A DNA stretch of 63,561 bases, counting the filler. It is 6 parts of 6 records of this genome, joined end to end, with 100 filler letters (N's around TTAATTAATTAA, not from the genome) between each part and the next. Parts side by side here need not be neighbours in the genome. Positions count along the whole stretch, not along the records: positions 48,254 to 57,685 come from SRR20825019_1100; positions 57,786 to 63,561 come from SRR20825019_1130; 4 more parts are not named here. One strand, written 5' to 3'. This document shows, piece after piece, positions 52,376 to 62,413 of this stretch (within the stretch, counting starts at the first letter, position 1; each line of letters begins with the position of its first letter). The notes beneath the pieces are model-generated. The model did not search any database. It was not told the origin of the DNA and worked only from the letters and a program-made list of their open reading frames with translations. Both the position numbers and the translations under genes were made by a program.

Positions 52376-52869
52376 GGTCACATGAGGAGTACGCAATTAG
52401 GGCTCAAAAGTTTCGATGCGGATTTTCCTAACACTCTATGTAACGATTTAATCTATATATAACGATGGGTTCTTCGTCTCCGCCTACGCACCATCACGCC
52501 GTCATTGCAACACTGATGAGGACTGCCATGAGGATGGCGGGCCCGGGTTTCGCCTTGAATGATCCTCCTGAGCCAGTTTTCAGATTGAGCGGAGTGCGCT
52601 ACTCGTGCCGTGCCTGTCAGCTCTCTAGGCCGGTGACGTTTCATTCCTCTTCAAGTGGGCTTCCATAACCATCTACCCCCATAGCTGCACTAAGGATGCC
52701 GGTCCGACGCCCGAGCCAAGCTCCCGCTCAACGCCACCACGCACCACCACACACCAGCACCTCAAGTGGGTGAGAGGAAGCGGTGGGCTTTTGAGTGCCG
52801 TTGGAGGCAGTGACGCAGTGCTTCAGCAGCACGCGTTGCCGCAACGAGCACAACACGGTTTTGACACGC

Positions 52870-52944
52870 CGCGTTTCTTCTCTCACCCAACCCCGTGCTT
52901 CTTCTCTCACTCGGCCCCGCGTTTCTTCTCTCACTCGGCCCCGC
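52870..52944. repeat. Tandem repeat, 24-nt unit x3, in the upstream region of the gene at 53084
   Basis: cgcgtttcttctctcacccaaccc / cgtgcttcttctctcactcggccc / cgcgtttcttctctcactcggccc. Confidence 0.9.
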
Positions 52945-53083
52945 ATACCCAAGAGAGCCCGCGAAGGCAAACGAAACACCCACCGGTGCACGGCACCTGG
53001 CCTCGGTTAAGCTTATATAGAGAGAGCGTCTGTCTCTTGGGTTAGATGGCTACCAACTCCAGCCCGTTAGAGGCAGAGGCAGC

Positions 53084-56000
53084 ATGGGACACTTGCGCAC
53101 ATGCTGTGCTGTGGCGATAGTGCTCATGTTGAGCATGACGACATCGCAGATTGCGGGGGGTGTGGATGCGGTGAAGCTCCCGCCGGTTGACCCGGCCTCC
53201 ATGGACGTAGACGCCATCCAGGACACCCTCCAGACACTTTTTGGCGGCCTACTCGGGGGTAGCGTGAGCGTCAATGGTAACACCATCAACCTCCGCGGCA
53301 AAGGCGACGAGCCGGCCCCGCCACCAGTTCCAACGAACACCACTGCGAGCCCGACGTATAAGTACGGACGGGTGAACTCAACACTCAGCCCTGCAGCACT
53401 AAACGCTACACTTTTTGATTTGGCGCGGAAGGGTGGTCGCGTCGCAAAGAAGCTGGGTTATCCGTTCATGCCGGACATCAAGTTCAAGCACACCGTGGCT
53501 CCGATGGGCACCGTGAGCCCCGGCCCTGGCCAGCTACCACCCGCCGTGTTGGCGTTGCTGCAGGAAGCGTACGCGGGCTTTGAGGAGTCTGAGGACGGGG
53601 GAGGAGGCGACGATAATCCTCTCGAGTTCTTGATGAAGATCTTTGACGTGCTACAGGTACTGTGAACTTCGCGCGGTTAGTCCGTAAAAATAACGTTCTG
53701 TCCAGATGATTATGCCGACCAAGGACACGATTCATGGGCTCCTGGACTTGCCGACATGTCTTATAGAGCTTATTGTGGACGCGGTGAGGGAGCTGGGTTC
53801 CGGCGGCGTGTGCAAGATAGGTAGGTGTTTTGTAGCTGCTGTTCGCTTGGTGGGGCCCGACCCCGCCTGGCCACAATCAAAGGAGTGCACTCACAAACTT
53901 GCATGACAGGCCCCTTAGAAGTTTCAGATGAGACTCTCGATATGATTCAGCTCGACCTCAACATTGAATTCCTCTCTTCTCTCGGCATCCCCTTCATGTC
54001 TCTCCGCGAGATGTGTGATAAGCTCATGGTGCTCCGCGCGGCTATTGATGGTCTGACTGATATTGCCGTTGGCAAGCGATGCCATCTTTCACCAGTGAGC
54101 GGTCTTATACAGAATGACCAGACACTCTCCGCCGCGGCCGACGGGCTTTCGTCGGTCACGAAGACGAAGGAGCAGCGCGAAGGGATCGCACTCTTGCAGG
54201 AGGAGGAAAGATTCTTTGACGGGATGGGCGGGATGGGAGGATCCGGGGAGTACGACGCTGCACCGGCCGAGTCGCAGCCGGAACCTGCAGGGGCGAGTGT
54301 GGGCTCTGGGGCCGAGTCGCCAAACGCCAGTGCCGCGCCCAAGCAGGGTTCAAGGGGGGCGGGTGCCGGAGGGGCTATGCCTGATGATATGGGAGCGAAC
54401 ATGCAGGACGCGGGAGAGATGATCCAGCAGGGCATCGCCATGCTGAAGGAGGTCATGGGCCTCGCAGAGCTATTCTTCGGAACTATAGTTGAGAATGTGG
54501 ACACCTGCGCAGAGACGCCGCGGGCGGAGTTCTCGTTCAGGGTAGACATTGAACAAATCGGCCATGTGGAGGTCATCGGCTCGCAGTCGCTGTGCTGTGT
54601 GCTGAAGGCATTGACCGCCATCATCCCAGCGGCAATTGATCTAATCATCAACAGCCCTATCTTTCAGATATTCGGCATGCTGAAAGACCTTATCAAGGTG
54701 CTGGTGGACACGATCATCAAGCCTATTCTGTCAATCCCTGACCTCCTGATGGGCCTGCTGCCCCAGACACCCACATGTGTACTCCAGGGAGTGCCTCTGG
54801 ACGAAGAGGCGATGAGAGCCATCTCCCTTCGCTTCGACATTGGTCTCGACCTCAAGATTGCGTCCATCCAGGTTCCCAAGCTGTACTTCAAGACACAGAC
54901 AGGGAACGATCTGTGCTTCATCGTGCAAGTGCTTGATGGGCTGGTGGACAAACTGGAGGGCCTGGTGCAGAACGTGGTGGGCCAGGTCGTTGAGGTGGAC
55001 GGCCTCTCACTGGAAGGGTTGGGCCTCGGCATGGTTAAGGACATCATCAACATCCCCATCAAGTTCATCGTTGATGTAGTTCGTTCATTTGAGAAGGGAA
55101 GCCACGAGTGCGCTGCGCTCTTCTCCGGCTCGTCCAATCCCGATATCAACCTATTGATCGACCTGCCTCCATTCATTTACATCCCAAGTGGGATATATGT
55201 TGCGGACAACCCGTCGCTGAGACTTGGGCCGATCGTACGCATCTGGCTCGATGATGCGCGCGGAGCGTGCAGCCTGGTACTGGGGCTCAAGAATGCTATT
55301 GAAATTCTTCTCCGGGAGGGTATAACAATCGGTTCGGCTACCCTCAAGGGAGGAATGGAGGCGGGTGTAGACGCTGCCAAGGGCAAAGGTGACGGCACGC
55401 CGGTGGCTGTTGAAGATGACGCGGAGACATCCTCGGAGAGCGCGGGTGACAGCGAGAATCAGGCGCTTGTAGAGGCAACCACTCCATATGACAAGCACAA
55501 GATAACAACGCCGCAACTGCTGGCCAGGGCCCGCAAGACGGCTAAACTTTTGCAGTCACGACTTGCCCTCATCGAGGTTTCCGAGACTCAGGGTGACGAT
55601 ACTGCCGAGGACCAAGGGGCTGATGGTGGCGCCACGGGTGAAAAGAAGTCCGGTGGAGCCCTGGGGGGGACTGTAGATGGGGTTGCGAATCAGGCTGTAG
55701 GGATGGTTAGCAAGATCGTAAAGATGATCACAGACATGATCGATGAGGTGCTTAAGATGCTGGTTAAGATCCTTCCGGACCTCGACACCTTCAAAAGCAT
55801 CCTCCAACTCCCCATATGCCTTCTCACCAAGGTCATAGAGACGGCAAAGTCGGTCATTTCCGATGGGTGAGTCTCCGCAATGATAGGTTGTTGTAGTTGG
55901 ATGGGACTGATCATATGTGTGCAGGCCGTGCAAGCCCGCGATGGGCGAGGACGCGGAGGAGATCCCGAACGAGACGCTGGACAAGGTGAAGCTCACCGGC

Positions 56001-57685
56001 GAAATCGCGCTGCCGTCCGCGACCACATTCGCCATTCCCTCGCTGCGGCAGCTCTGCAGGTCGGTGGAAAACGCTTGCTGATTTGTTGGTTGGCCTTCTT
56101 CTCACTGTGGTGCTTGTGATTTATTCAGGGTGGTGACGATCGTACAAAGGGCCGCTTCGGAGGTATTTGCCCTTGTAAAGCAAGATGAGGGGAACGCGCT
56201 GGACAGGCTTGAAGAGTGCTTCCACTCCCTACAGGACGAGGCCACCAAGGCCCTCGATGCGGCAGGCGGGGTGGTGGAGTCTGTGACTAATGCCGGGGAT
56301 GACGGGGATACCGAGGCTGAAACTGTGACTAATGCCGGGGGTGACGGGGATACAGAGGCTGAACCTGCCGTGAAATCCGGTGGTGATGCGACTGCAAGCG
56401 ATGGCGAAGCCGCAAGCCATGATGACGAACAAGTTCCTGACAACACTCCAACGGATGGCGACAAGGAGAAGGGGATGATGATGGATGAGGTGCAGTTGAT
56501 TGAGCAGGGCCTCGACGACATACTGCACATGGAGGAAGCCCGGAAGGAGAAGAAGATCCCTAAGCGGCGCCGGGTTGTCACGACGGAGATGAAAGAGAAG
56601 GCATCGGATCTTAGTAAGGGACTTCTTGTCTCCATGATTGAGATCCAGGAGCATGCTGGAATCATCGACAAGATCACGGGCGGAAAGGACGGGGGCGCGG
56701 ACATTACCAACATGATCGAGATGCTTGTGAAGAACGTGGCCAGCGTTATCGAGAACTTGGTTAACGTGCCCCTGAAACTGATCTCAAAGCTCTTCGTCAC
56801 CATCAAGAATTCGGTTGAGTCTTGCGAGGAGTTCCACCACATTGATATGGACGCTTTCCTGACGGTTGACCCCATTCTCTACGACCTTACGACCCACGAC
56901 ACTGTGTCAATGTGTGTGCTGGTTAAGGGGGTGTCCCGAGTAATCCAGAACAGCGAAGAAGAGGGCGGAAAGCTGCTGACATCCCTACCAATGCTCAAGG
57001 ACGTACCCATGCTGGACACAATCTTCAGCCTCCTGGGCATTGTCAGCAAGCTTGCCATTATTCCTGAGAAGCTCCTCGATATATTCCCGAAGGAGACCGA
57101 GGGAGAGTCACGGGAAATGTGCAAGCTGGGGGATGTCACCTACCACCAACTCGATGATCTTCAGCTCAAGGTCCTCATTCAATTGAACCTAAAGCTGGCG
57201 TCTTACCAGGTATGTGCGTATGGGTGTGCTCAGAGTATGACCACTGACCACGGGCGATAGCTTCCCAAGTTTGGCATTCGAACTCACACCGTCCTGGACC
57301 TCTGCCGCATCATCATGGGCTTGGAGAAATTCATGGATGGGTCTGAGAACCCGATCGAGACCATCGTGAGTCGGTCGTATTTGGGAATTCCGCTGTCTTT
57401 ACTTACACGTACCCGCAGCTCAAGATAGCTGAGGATGCCGTAAAGGCGCTAATGGAGGCCGTCCCAGGCGTCGGGAAGGTTGCAGGAAAGATTCTCGATA
57501 GCCCGGTGGGAGACATCGCTGGAGGCGCGATGGGAGGTGACTCGCCTATGGGTGACATGGGCGGAGGTGGTGGGCCCATGGGATCCATATTCATGCAAGA
57601 GAAAACTAGCACCCTTGGCGATGATGATGACAAGAAGGACGATGACACGGAGGAAGATGACAAGAAGGACGATGACAAGAAGGAC
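53084..57685 (+). CDS. Large secreted repetitive eukaryotic protein, >=7 exons, >=1411 aa, 3'-truncated
   Basis: Signal peptide. Introns 53657-53705, 53821-53909, 55867-55924, 56060-56128, 57210-57260 and 57366-57418 are all GT..AG and join the track ORFs in frame. Internal repeats. TATATA at 53014. Confidence 0.82.
56281..56363 (+). repeat. Coding tandem repeat, 42-nt unit x2 (VTNAG[D/G]DGDTEAE)
   Basis: ctgtgactaatgccggggatgacggggataccgaggctgaaa repeated with few changes. Confidence 0.9.
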
Positions 57686-57785
57686 NNNNNNNNNNNNNNN
57701 NNNNNNNNNNNNNNNNNNNNNNNNNNNNNTTAATTAATTAANNNNNNNNNNNNNNNNNNNNNNNNNNNNNNNNNNNNNNNNNNNN
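57686..57785. other. Artificial contig linker
   Basis: N44-TTAATTAATTAA-N44. Confidence 0.99.
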
Positions 57786-58283
57786 GTCCCGGTTCACGCG
57801 ATGGGCGCGGGTGCCGATGATGGCGGCAAGCTCGACCTCCCAATCCAGCTGCTGGGTCATGCTGCGGTCGTGCAGGATCGGCTCGTTCGGGCCGATGACG
57901 GCGGTCGGGGGCTTCGAGAAGACCACCGGCTCGCGCGGCAGGTCGGGGTTGGTGTCCAGCGTCGCGGCGCTTTCGGCGACGTGTTCGGTGTAGTTCAGGC
58001 CGATCCCGAAGATGTTCTTGCGCGGCCGCGGGATCGGCGCCAGCAGGCGGACATTGGCGAGCGCGGTGGCGGCGCCGAGGGGGAAGCGACCGTCGCATTC
58101 CTCAAGGCATTCGGCCAGCGTCTCCAGCCCCGGGCGTCCGGCGTCGATCAGGCCCAGCATGCTGTCGGGCAGATCCACCTCGAAGGCGGCGCCGAGCGCG
58201 GCCACATCGACGCAGAGGGCGCCCGCGATCACGCCCAGCCGGGCCTCGCCCTCGACCGAGGCGCGATAGGTCACAAGTTTCAT
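57786..58283 (-). CDS. Fumarylacetoacetate hydrolase family protein, 5' part
   Basis: LLAPIPRPRKNIFGIGLNYTEH, PVVFSKPPT, LDWEVELA. Confidence 0.92.
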
Positions 58284-58843
58284 GAAGCTCTCCTTGATGT
58301 CTTGTCTTTGCGGCCGGGGGCTTCCCCCGGTTCCGGCAGGTCCAGCCAGAGCGACCGGCCCCGATAGCCGCCGCGGATCAGGGGGCTCTCGCCGCGCAAT
58401 TCGGGGAAGCTGTCGGCCCAGTCGCGGTAGCGGTCATTGGTGACGATCAGCGCGCCCAGATCGCGGGCGGCGGTGAGGATATAGGGATCGGCGGGCGTGC
58501 CCTTCGGCACCACCATCACCCGTTTCTGAGGGATCTTCAGCAGGGCACTGAAATCACTCTCGCGGCCGTAGCGGTTGAACAGCAGATAGCCCGCGTTCGC
58601 GTCGAAGATGACGCAGGCGGCATAACCCCGGGCGTCGAGCTGGCGCAGCACGTCGCGGACCGGGCCGAGGTCGGGCGTATTGTCCCTCCAATGCATGACG
58701 TTGGAGCCGTCGAGTACCACCCAGTTGAGCCGGGCACGCGCCCGGGACCGGCGCCAGAAGAACACCAACAGGGCGGCGATCACGACAGGTACAGCCAGCA
58801 GCGCGATATCCGCCATCTCGGCGCTGGTCAGGGAAAAGGGCAT
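58280..58843 (-). CDS. Membrane-anchored NYN/PIN (Zc3h12a-like) ribonuclease-domain protein
   Basis: N-terminal TM helix; VVLDGSNV, FDANAG, ADPYIL and VTNDRYRD acidic motifs. Confidence 0.82.
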   Translation of the reverse strand: MPFSLTSAEMADIALLAVPVVIAALLVFFWRRSRARARLNWVVLDGSNVMHWRDNTPDLGPVRDVLRQLDARGYAACVIFDANAGYLLFNRYGRESDFSALLKIPQKRVMVVPKGTPADPYILTAARDLGALIVTNDRYRDWADSFPELRGESPLIRGGYRGRSLWLDLPEPGEAPGRKDKTSRRAS

Positions 58844-58861
58844 GGAGGAGGGTCCTTCGGG

Positions 58862-59986
58862 TTACGGCATCACTGGTTGATGACCGCCATTCTCCCCGAA
58901 GGCCTGTTCGCGATAAAGCCCCATCGCCCGCATCACCGGCAGGTCGCTCAGGCAGAAAAGCACGGCGTCCTCGCTGTCCGAGGCATTGGCATGTTCGTGC
59001 CAGGCCCAGGAGGGCACGCAGAAGATGTCATGCTCGGCCCAGTCGAAGCGCTTGCCGTTGATCACCGAATGGCCGCGGCCCTTGGCGACGTGGTACAGAT
59101 AGCTGCCGGTGTGGCGGTGGGCGCGGGTCCGCTCGCCCGGGCGCAGCATCTGCATGCTGGCGCCCAGCGTCTTCAGCACCGGCCCGTTGGTCACCGGGTT
59201 GACGTAATCCATCAGGATCCCGTCGAAGGGCGAGCCGTCCGAGCAACCGGCCAGCTTCGACAGCGCCTCATAGGTCGGGGCCCATTCGTATTTGAACATC
59301 GGGCTGTAGCCCTTGGACCAGTTGCCGTCCCGCGGCGTCAGCCCGGGATTGCCCCAGGTCTTGGTCATGTCGTCGACCGGATAGGCCACCGCCTGAGTCA
59401 GATCCGGGTGAACCTCGTAGAAATTCGCCTCCATCGCGTTGACGAAGGGGATGTCGAGCCCGTCCTGCCAGATGCAGGGCGTCCCGTCCGAGGCGACGGC
59501 ATGTTCGTGCCAGGTGCCGTTCGGGGTCAGGACGAAATCGTTGTGGCCCAGCGTCATCTTGTGGCCGTCAACCACGGTATAGGCGCCTGTGCCCTCCATG
59601 ATGAAGCGGATGGCGCTGGCCGAATGGCGGTGGGCGCTGGCCTGTTCGCCCGGGTGCATCACCTGCAGCCCGGCATAGATCCAGCCCACCGCCGCGGCCA
59701 CGTCGCTGCGGCCGGGGTTGTTGAGGTAGATCACCCGCCGCCCGGCCTTTTCCGGCGTTACCAGGTCGACCGAGCGCAGCACATGGGCGCGCAGGTCCTG
59801 ATAGCGCCAGAGGACGGGGTGCGAGCTGCTGGCCGGCTCCCAGGGTTCGATCTTGTTGGCCACGGTCCAGAGCGCGCCGGCGTCGAAACGCTCAAGCTCG
59901 TCGTAATAGGCCAGCAATTCGGGCGTGTCCTCGACATTGGCCCGCCCGGCCACGTCCTCGCGATACTGGTCCCGCGCTTTGCTCAT
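58862..59986 (-). CDS. Gentisate 1,2-dioxygenase-family bicupin ring-cleavage dioxygenase
   Basis: AHRHSASAIRF, LTPNGTWHEH, DGLDIP, AHRHTGS, VPSWAWHEH. Confidence 0.9.
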   Translation of the reverse strand: MSKARDQYREDVAGRANVEDTPELLAYYDELERFDAGALWTVANKIEPWEPASSSHPVLWRYQDLRAHVLRSVDLVTPEKAGRRVIYLNNPGRSDVAAAVGWIYAGLQVMHPGEQASAHRHSASAIRFIMEGTGAYTVVDGHKMTLGHNDFVLTPNGTWHEHAVASDGTPCIWQDGLDIPFVNAMEANFYEVHPDLTQAVAYPVDDMTKTWGNPGLTPRDGNWSKGYSPMFKYEWAPTYEALSKLAGCSDGSPFDGILMDYVNPVTNGPVLKTLGASMQMLRPGERTRAHRHTGSYLYHVAKGRGHSVINGKRFDWAEHDIFCVPSWAWHEHANASDSEDAVLFCLSDLPVMRAMGLYREQAFGENGGHQPVMP

Positions 59987-60042
59987 CGGAATCCCTCCTG
60001 GCTGTGTGGCCTGATCCTACGGCAGGATTTTATGGAATCAAC

Positions 60043-60058
60043 AGATTTTCGCAAATCT
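60043..60058. promoter_or_regulatory. Palindromic operator candidate for the adjacent GntR regulator
   Basis: AGATTT-TCGC-AAATCT in the AT-rich divergent intergenic region. Confidence 0.5.
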
Positions 60059-60145
60059 TGTGTTCTTGATTTTTTTTGGGCCGCGGGCGAGAAGGGGAGG
60101 GGACATAATCGACCGCCCGGGGAACCGGGTGAGGGGGCTGCGAGG

Positions 60146-60835
60146 ATGAGCAAGACAGCGAAGTCGATGGGCGAGCAGGCCCATGCGATGCTCAGGCACC
60201 AGATCATCAGCGGCGCTTTCGCGCCCGAGCAGCCCTTGCGGCTGGCCCAGTTGCAGGAGCGGTTCGGCGTCGGCTTCTCGCCGCTGCGCGAGGCGCTGAC
60301 CCGGCTCACCGCCGAGGGGCTGGTGACTTCGGAACCGATGCGGGGCTTTCGCGTCGCGCCCCTGTCGCAGGAGGATCTGCGCGACACGATGGAAACGCGG
60401 GCCTTCGTCGAAACCGAGGCCTTGCGCCGCTCGATCCGGCGGGGTGATGACGATTGGGAGGCGCGGATCGTCTCCAGCCTGCACGCGCTGGGCCGCCAGT
60501 TCGAGCGCTCGACCCCCGACCAGCCCGAGAGTCTGGCGGCGCTGGAGGAACGGCACCGCGATTTTCATTTCGCGCTGGTCTCGGCCTCGGGCTCGCGGCG
60601 GCTGGAGCAGATCATCGACAGCCTTTATGTCGGCTCGGTGCGCTACCGGATGCCGAGCCTGAGCAACCGTCAATCCAACCCGGCGCGCGACCTGATGGCC
60701 GAGCACGGGGCGATTGCCGATGCGGCGCTGGCCCGGGACGAGGCGCTGGCGACCCGCCTGCTGGCCGAGCATTACCGCCTGACGGCAGAAATGCTCGGCC
60801 AGGCGCAGGCGGCGCCCCTGGACCGCGCGGTCTGA
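60146..60835 (+). CDS. GntR/FCD-family transcriptional regulator
   Basis: LRHQIISGAFAP...GVGFSPLREALTRL...GFRV; HRDFHFAL, EHGAI. The real start is ATG 60146, not the track's 58691. Confidence 0.92.
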   Translation: MSKTAKSMGEQAHAMLRHQIISGAFAPEQPLRLAQLQERFGVGFSPLREALTRLTAEGLVTSEPMRGFRVAPLSQEDLRDTMETRAFVETEALRRSIRRGDDDWEARIVSSLHALGRQFERSTPDQPESLAALEERHRDFHFALVSASGSRRLEQIIDSLYVGSVRYRMPSLSNRQSNPARDLMAEHGAIADAALARDEALATRLLAEHYRLTAEMLGQAQAAPLDRAV

Positions 60836-60841
60836 GGGGCC

Positions 60842-61375
60842 TCAGCGACCGAAGTCGCTGGCGTCGATCTGCCCGTCGCCGTTGCCGTCCAACTCGGCCA
60901 GCAGCCGGGGCGTCGCTTCGGCCCATTCGGCGGCGCTGATCGCGCCATCGCCGTCGGTGTCGTTATAGGCAAGCGTCATGGCGCCGTGGATGCGCTGGCC
61001 CGGGGCGTTGTCGCGGCCGAAACCCCGGCCATGGCCCATGCCCTGACCTTGGCCCTGACCTTGCCCCATGCCCTGGCCCCGGCCTTGTCCGCCATGGTTG
61101 GCCTCTTCCTGTCCCGCGATGGTGCTGGCCATGTTGACCTGTTCCCCGGCGTCGATCACCCCGTCGCCGTTCAGGTCGAACATGTCGAACAGCGCAGCCC
61201 GGCGCAGCGTGACGTCTTCGGCCAGGACCCGTCCGTCGGCGTTCATGTCCCATTCGCTCAGGAACTGGGCCATGGTTTCGCCCCGGCCTTGCCCCGGGCC
61301 ATAGCCCTGCGCCAGCACGGCGCCCCCGGCAAGCATCAGCCCGGTCAGGATCAGAAGCGATTTGGCGGCTCTCAT
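60842..61375 (-). CDS. Exported EF-hand domain protein with Gly/Gln-rich linker
   Basis: Signal peptide; DMNADG, DLNGDGVID, DTDGDGAIS and DGNGDGQID loops. Confidence 0.88.
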   Translation of the reverse strand: MRAAKSLLILTGLMLAGGAVLAQGYGPGQGRGETMAQFLSEWDMNADGRVLAEDVTLRRAALFDMFDLNGDGVIDAGEQVNMASTIAGQEEANHGGQGRGQGMGQGQGQGQGMGHGRGFGRDNAPGQRIHGAMTLAYNDTDGDGAISAAEWAEATPRLLAELDGNGDGQIDASDFGR

Positions 61376-61490
61376 ATCGACACATCCTCATGTTTGACTT
61401 CATGTGTTTCACGGCACCCCGCCCGCCTTCCGTCGCGCGCCTGTGTCGCAGCCCCCCGTCGCACCCCTGACACCCTAGATCCCCATCCGC

Positions 61491-61519
61491 TTGCCCGCCC
61501 CTGCGTCACCCGCTATGTC
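61491..61519 (+). promoter_or_regulatory. Sigma70-like promoter for panCB
   Basis: TTGCCC-N17-TATGTC upstream of the GGAGG SD. Confidence 0.45.
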
Positions 61520-61555
61520 TGGCGCCGCCGGACGGGCAGGCAGCGGAGGGGCGCG

Positions 61556-62401
61556 ATGCAGGTTTTCACCACCAAGGCGGCGGTGCGCGACAGCGTTCGC
61601 GCCTGGCGCGCCGAGGGGCAGAGCGTGGCGCTGGTGCCGACCATGGGTTACCTGCACCGGGGGCATATGGCGCTGGTCGAGCGGGCGAAAACCCAGGCCG
61701 ACCGGGTGGTCACCTCGATCTTCGTGAACCCGCTGCAATTCGGCCCGGGCGAGGATCTGGCGACTTATCCGCGCGACGCCGACCGCGATCTGGCGATGCT
61801 GCGCGAGGCCGGAGTGGACGGGGTCTTCCTGCCCTCGGTCGAGGAGGTCTATCCGCCCGGCGCGCAGACCATTGTCGAGACGACGGAACTGGCGCGGGTG
61901 CTGATCGGCAAGCTCAGGCCGGGGCATTTCCGCGGCGTAACCACGGTCGTCACCAAGCTTTTCAACATCGTCCAGCCCGATACCGCCGTCTTCGGCGAGA
62001 AGGATTACCAGCAGCTCTGCATCATCCGGCAGATGGTGCGCGACCTCGACGTGCCGATCCGCATCGAGGGCGTGCCCACGGTGCGCGAGGAGGACGGGCT
62101 CGCGCTCTCCAGCCGCAACGTCCGGCTGACGCCGGAGGATCGCGCGGCCTCGGTCATCCTCAGCCAGTCGCTGTTTGCGGCCGAGGAGATGGCGAAGACC
62201 GGCATCACCGCCTCGCGCCTCCGGGCCTGGGTCGCGGCCAATATCGGCGCCAATCCCCGCGCCGATCTGCAATCGGCCGATATCCGCGATGCCGAGACGC
62301 TGGCGACGATTTCCGGCCCCCTGCAACGCCCCGCCGTGATCCTGCTGGCGGTGCGCTTCGGCAAGGTCCTGTTGATCGACCAGCGCGTCGTCACCCCCTG
62401 A
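61556..62401 (+). CDS. panC: Pantoate-beta-alanine ligase
   Basis: VPTMGYLHRGH, SIFVNPLQF, RPGHFRGV, FGEKDYQQ, GLALSSRN. Confidence 0.96.
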   Translation: MQVFTTKAAVRDSVRAWRAEGQSVALVPTMGYLHRGHMALVERAKTQADRVVTSIFVNPLQFGPGEDLATYPRDADRDLAMLREAGVDGVFLPSVEEVYPPGAQTIVETTELARVLIGKLRPGHFRGVTTVVTKLFNIVQPDTAVFGEKDYQQLCIIRQMVRDLDVPIRIEGVPTVREEDGLALSSRNVRLTPEDRAASVILSQSLFAAEEMAKTGITASRLRAWVAANIGANPRADLQSADIRDAETLATISGPLQRPAVILLAVRFGKVLLIDQRVVTP

Positions 62402-62413
62402 GGAGGAAAGCCC

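Noticed and set aside
52870-52944. Short direct repeats (also 22901-22960, 30330-30385, 56281-56363) as a possible CRISPR array
   Set aside because: Units are head-to-tail without unique spacers, lie in eukaryotic DNA, and no cas genes are present.
58691-60145. 714-aa ORF 58691-60835 in the track
   Set aside because: The N-terminal part is the antisense shadow of the dioxygenase in high-GC DNA; only the GntR portion from ATG 60146 is credible.
61481-61551. Hairpin that could sequester the panC SD (pan-motif or riboswitch-like)
   Set aside because: The 5' arm overlaps a plausible -35/-10 promoter (61491-61519) and so is probably not transcribed; pairing in such GC-rich DNA is expected by chance.
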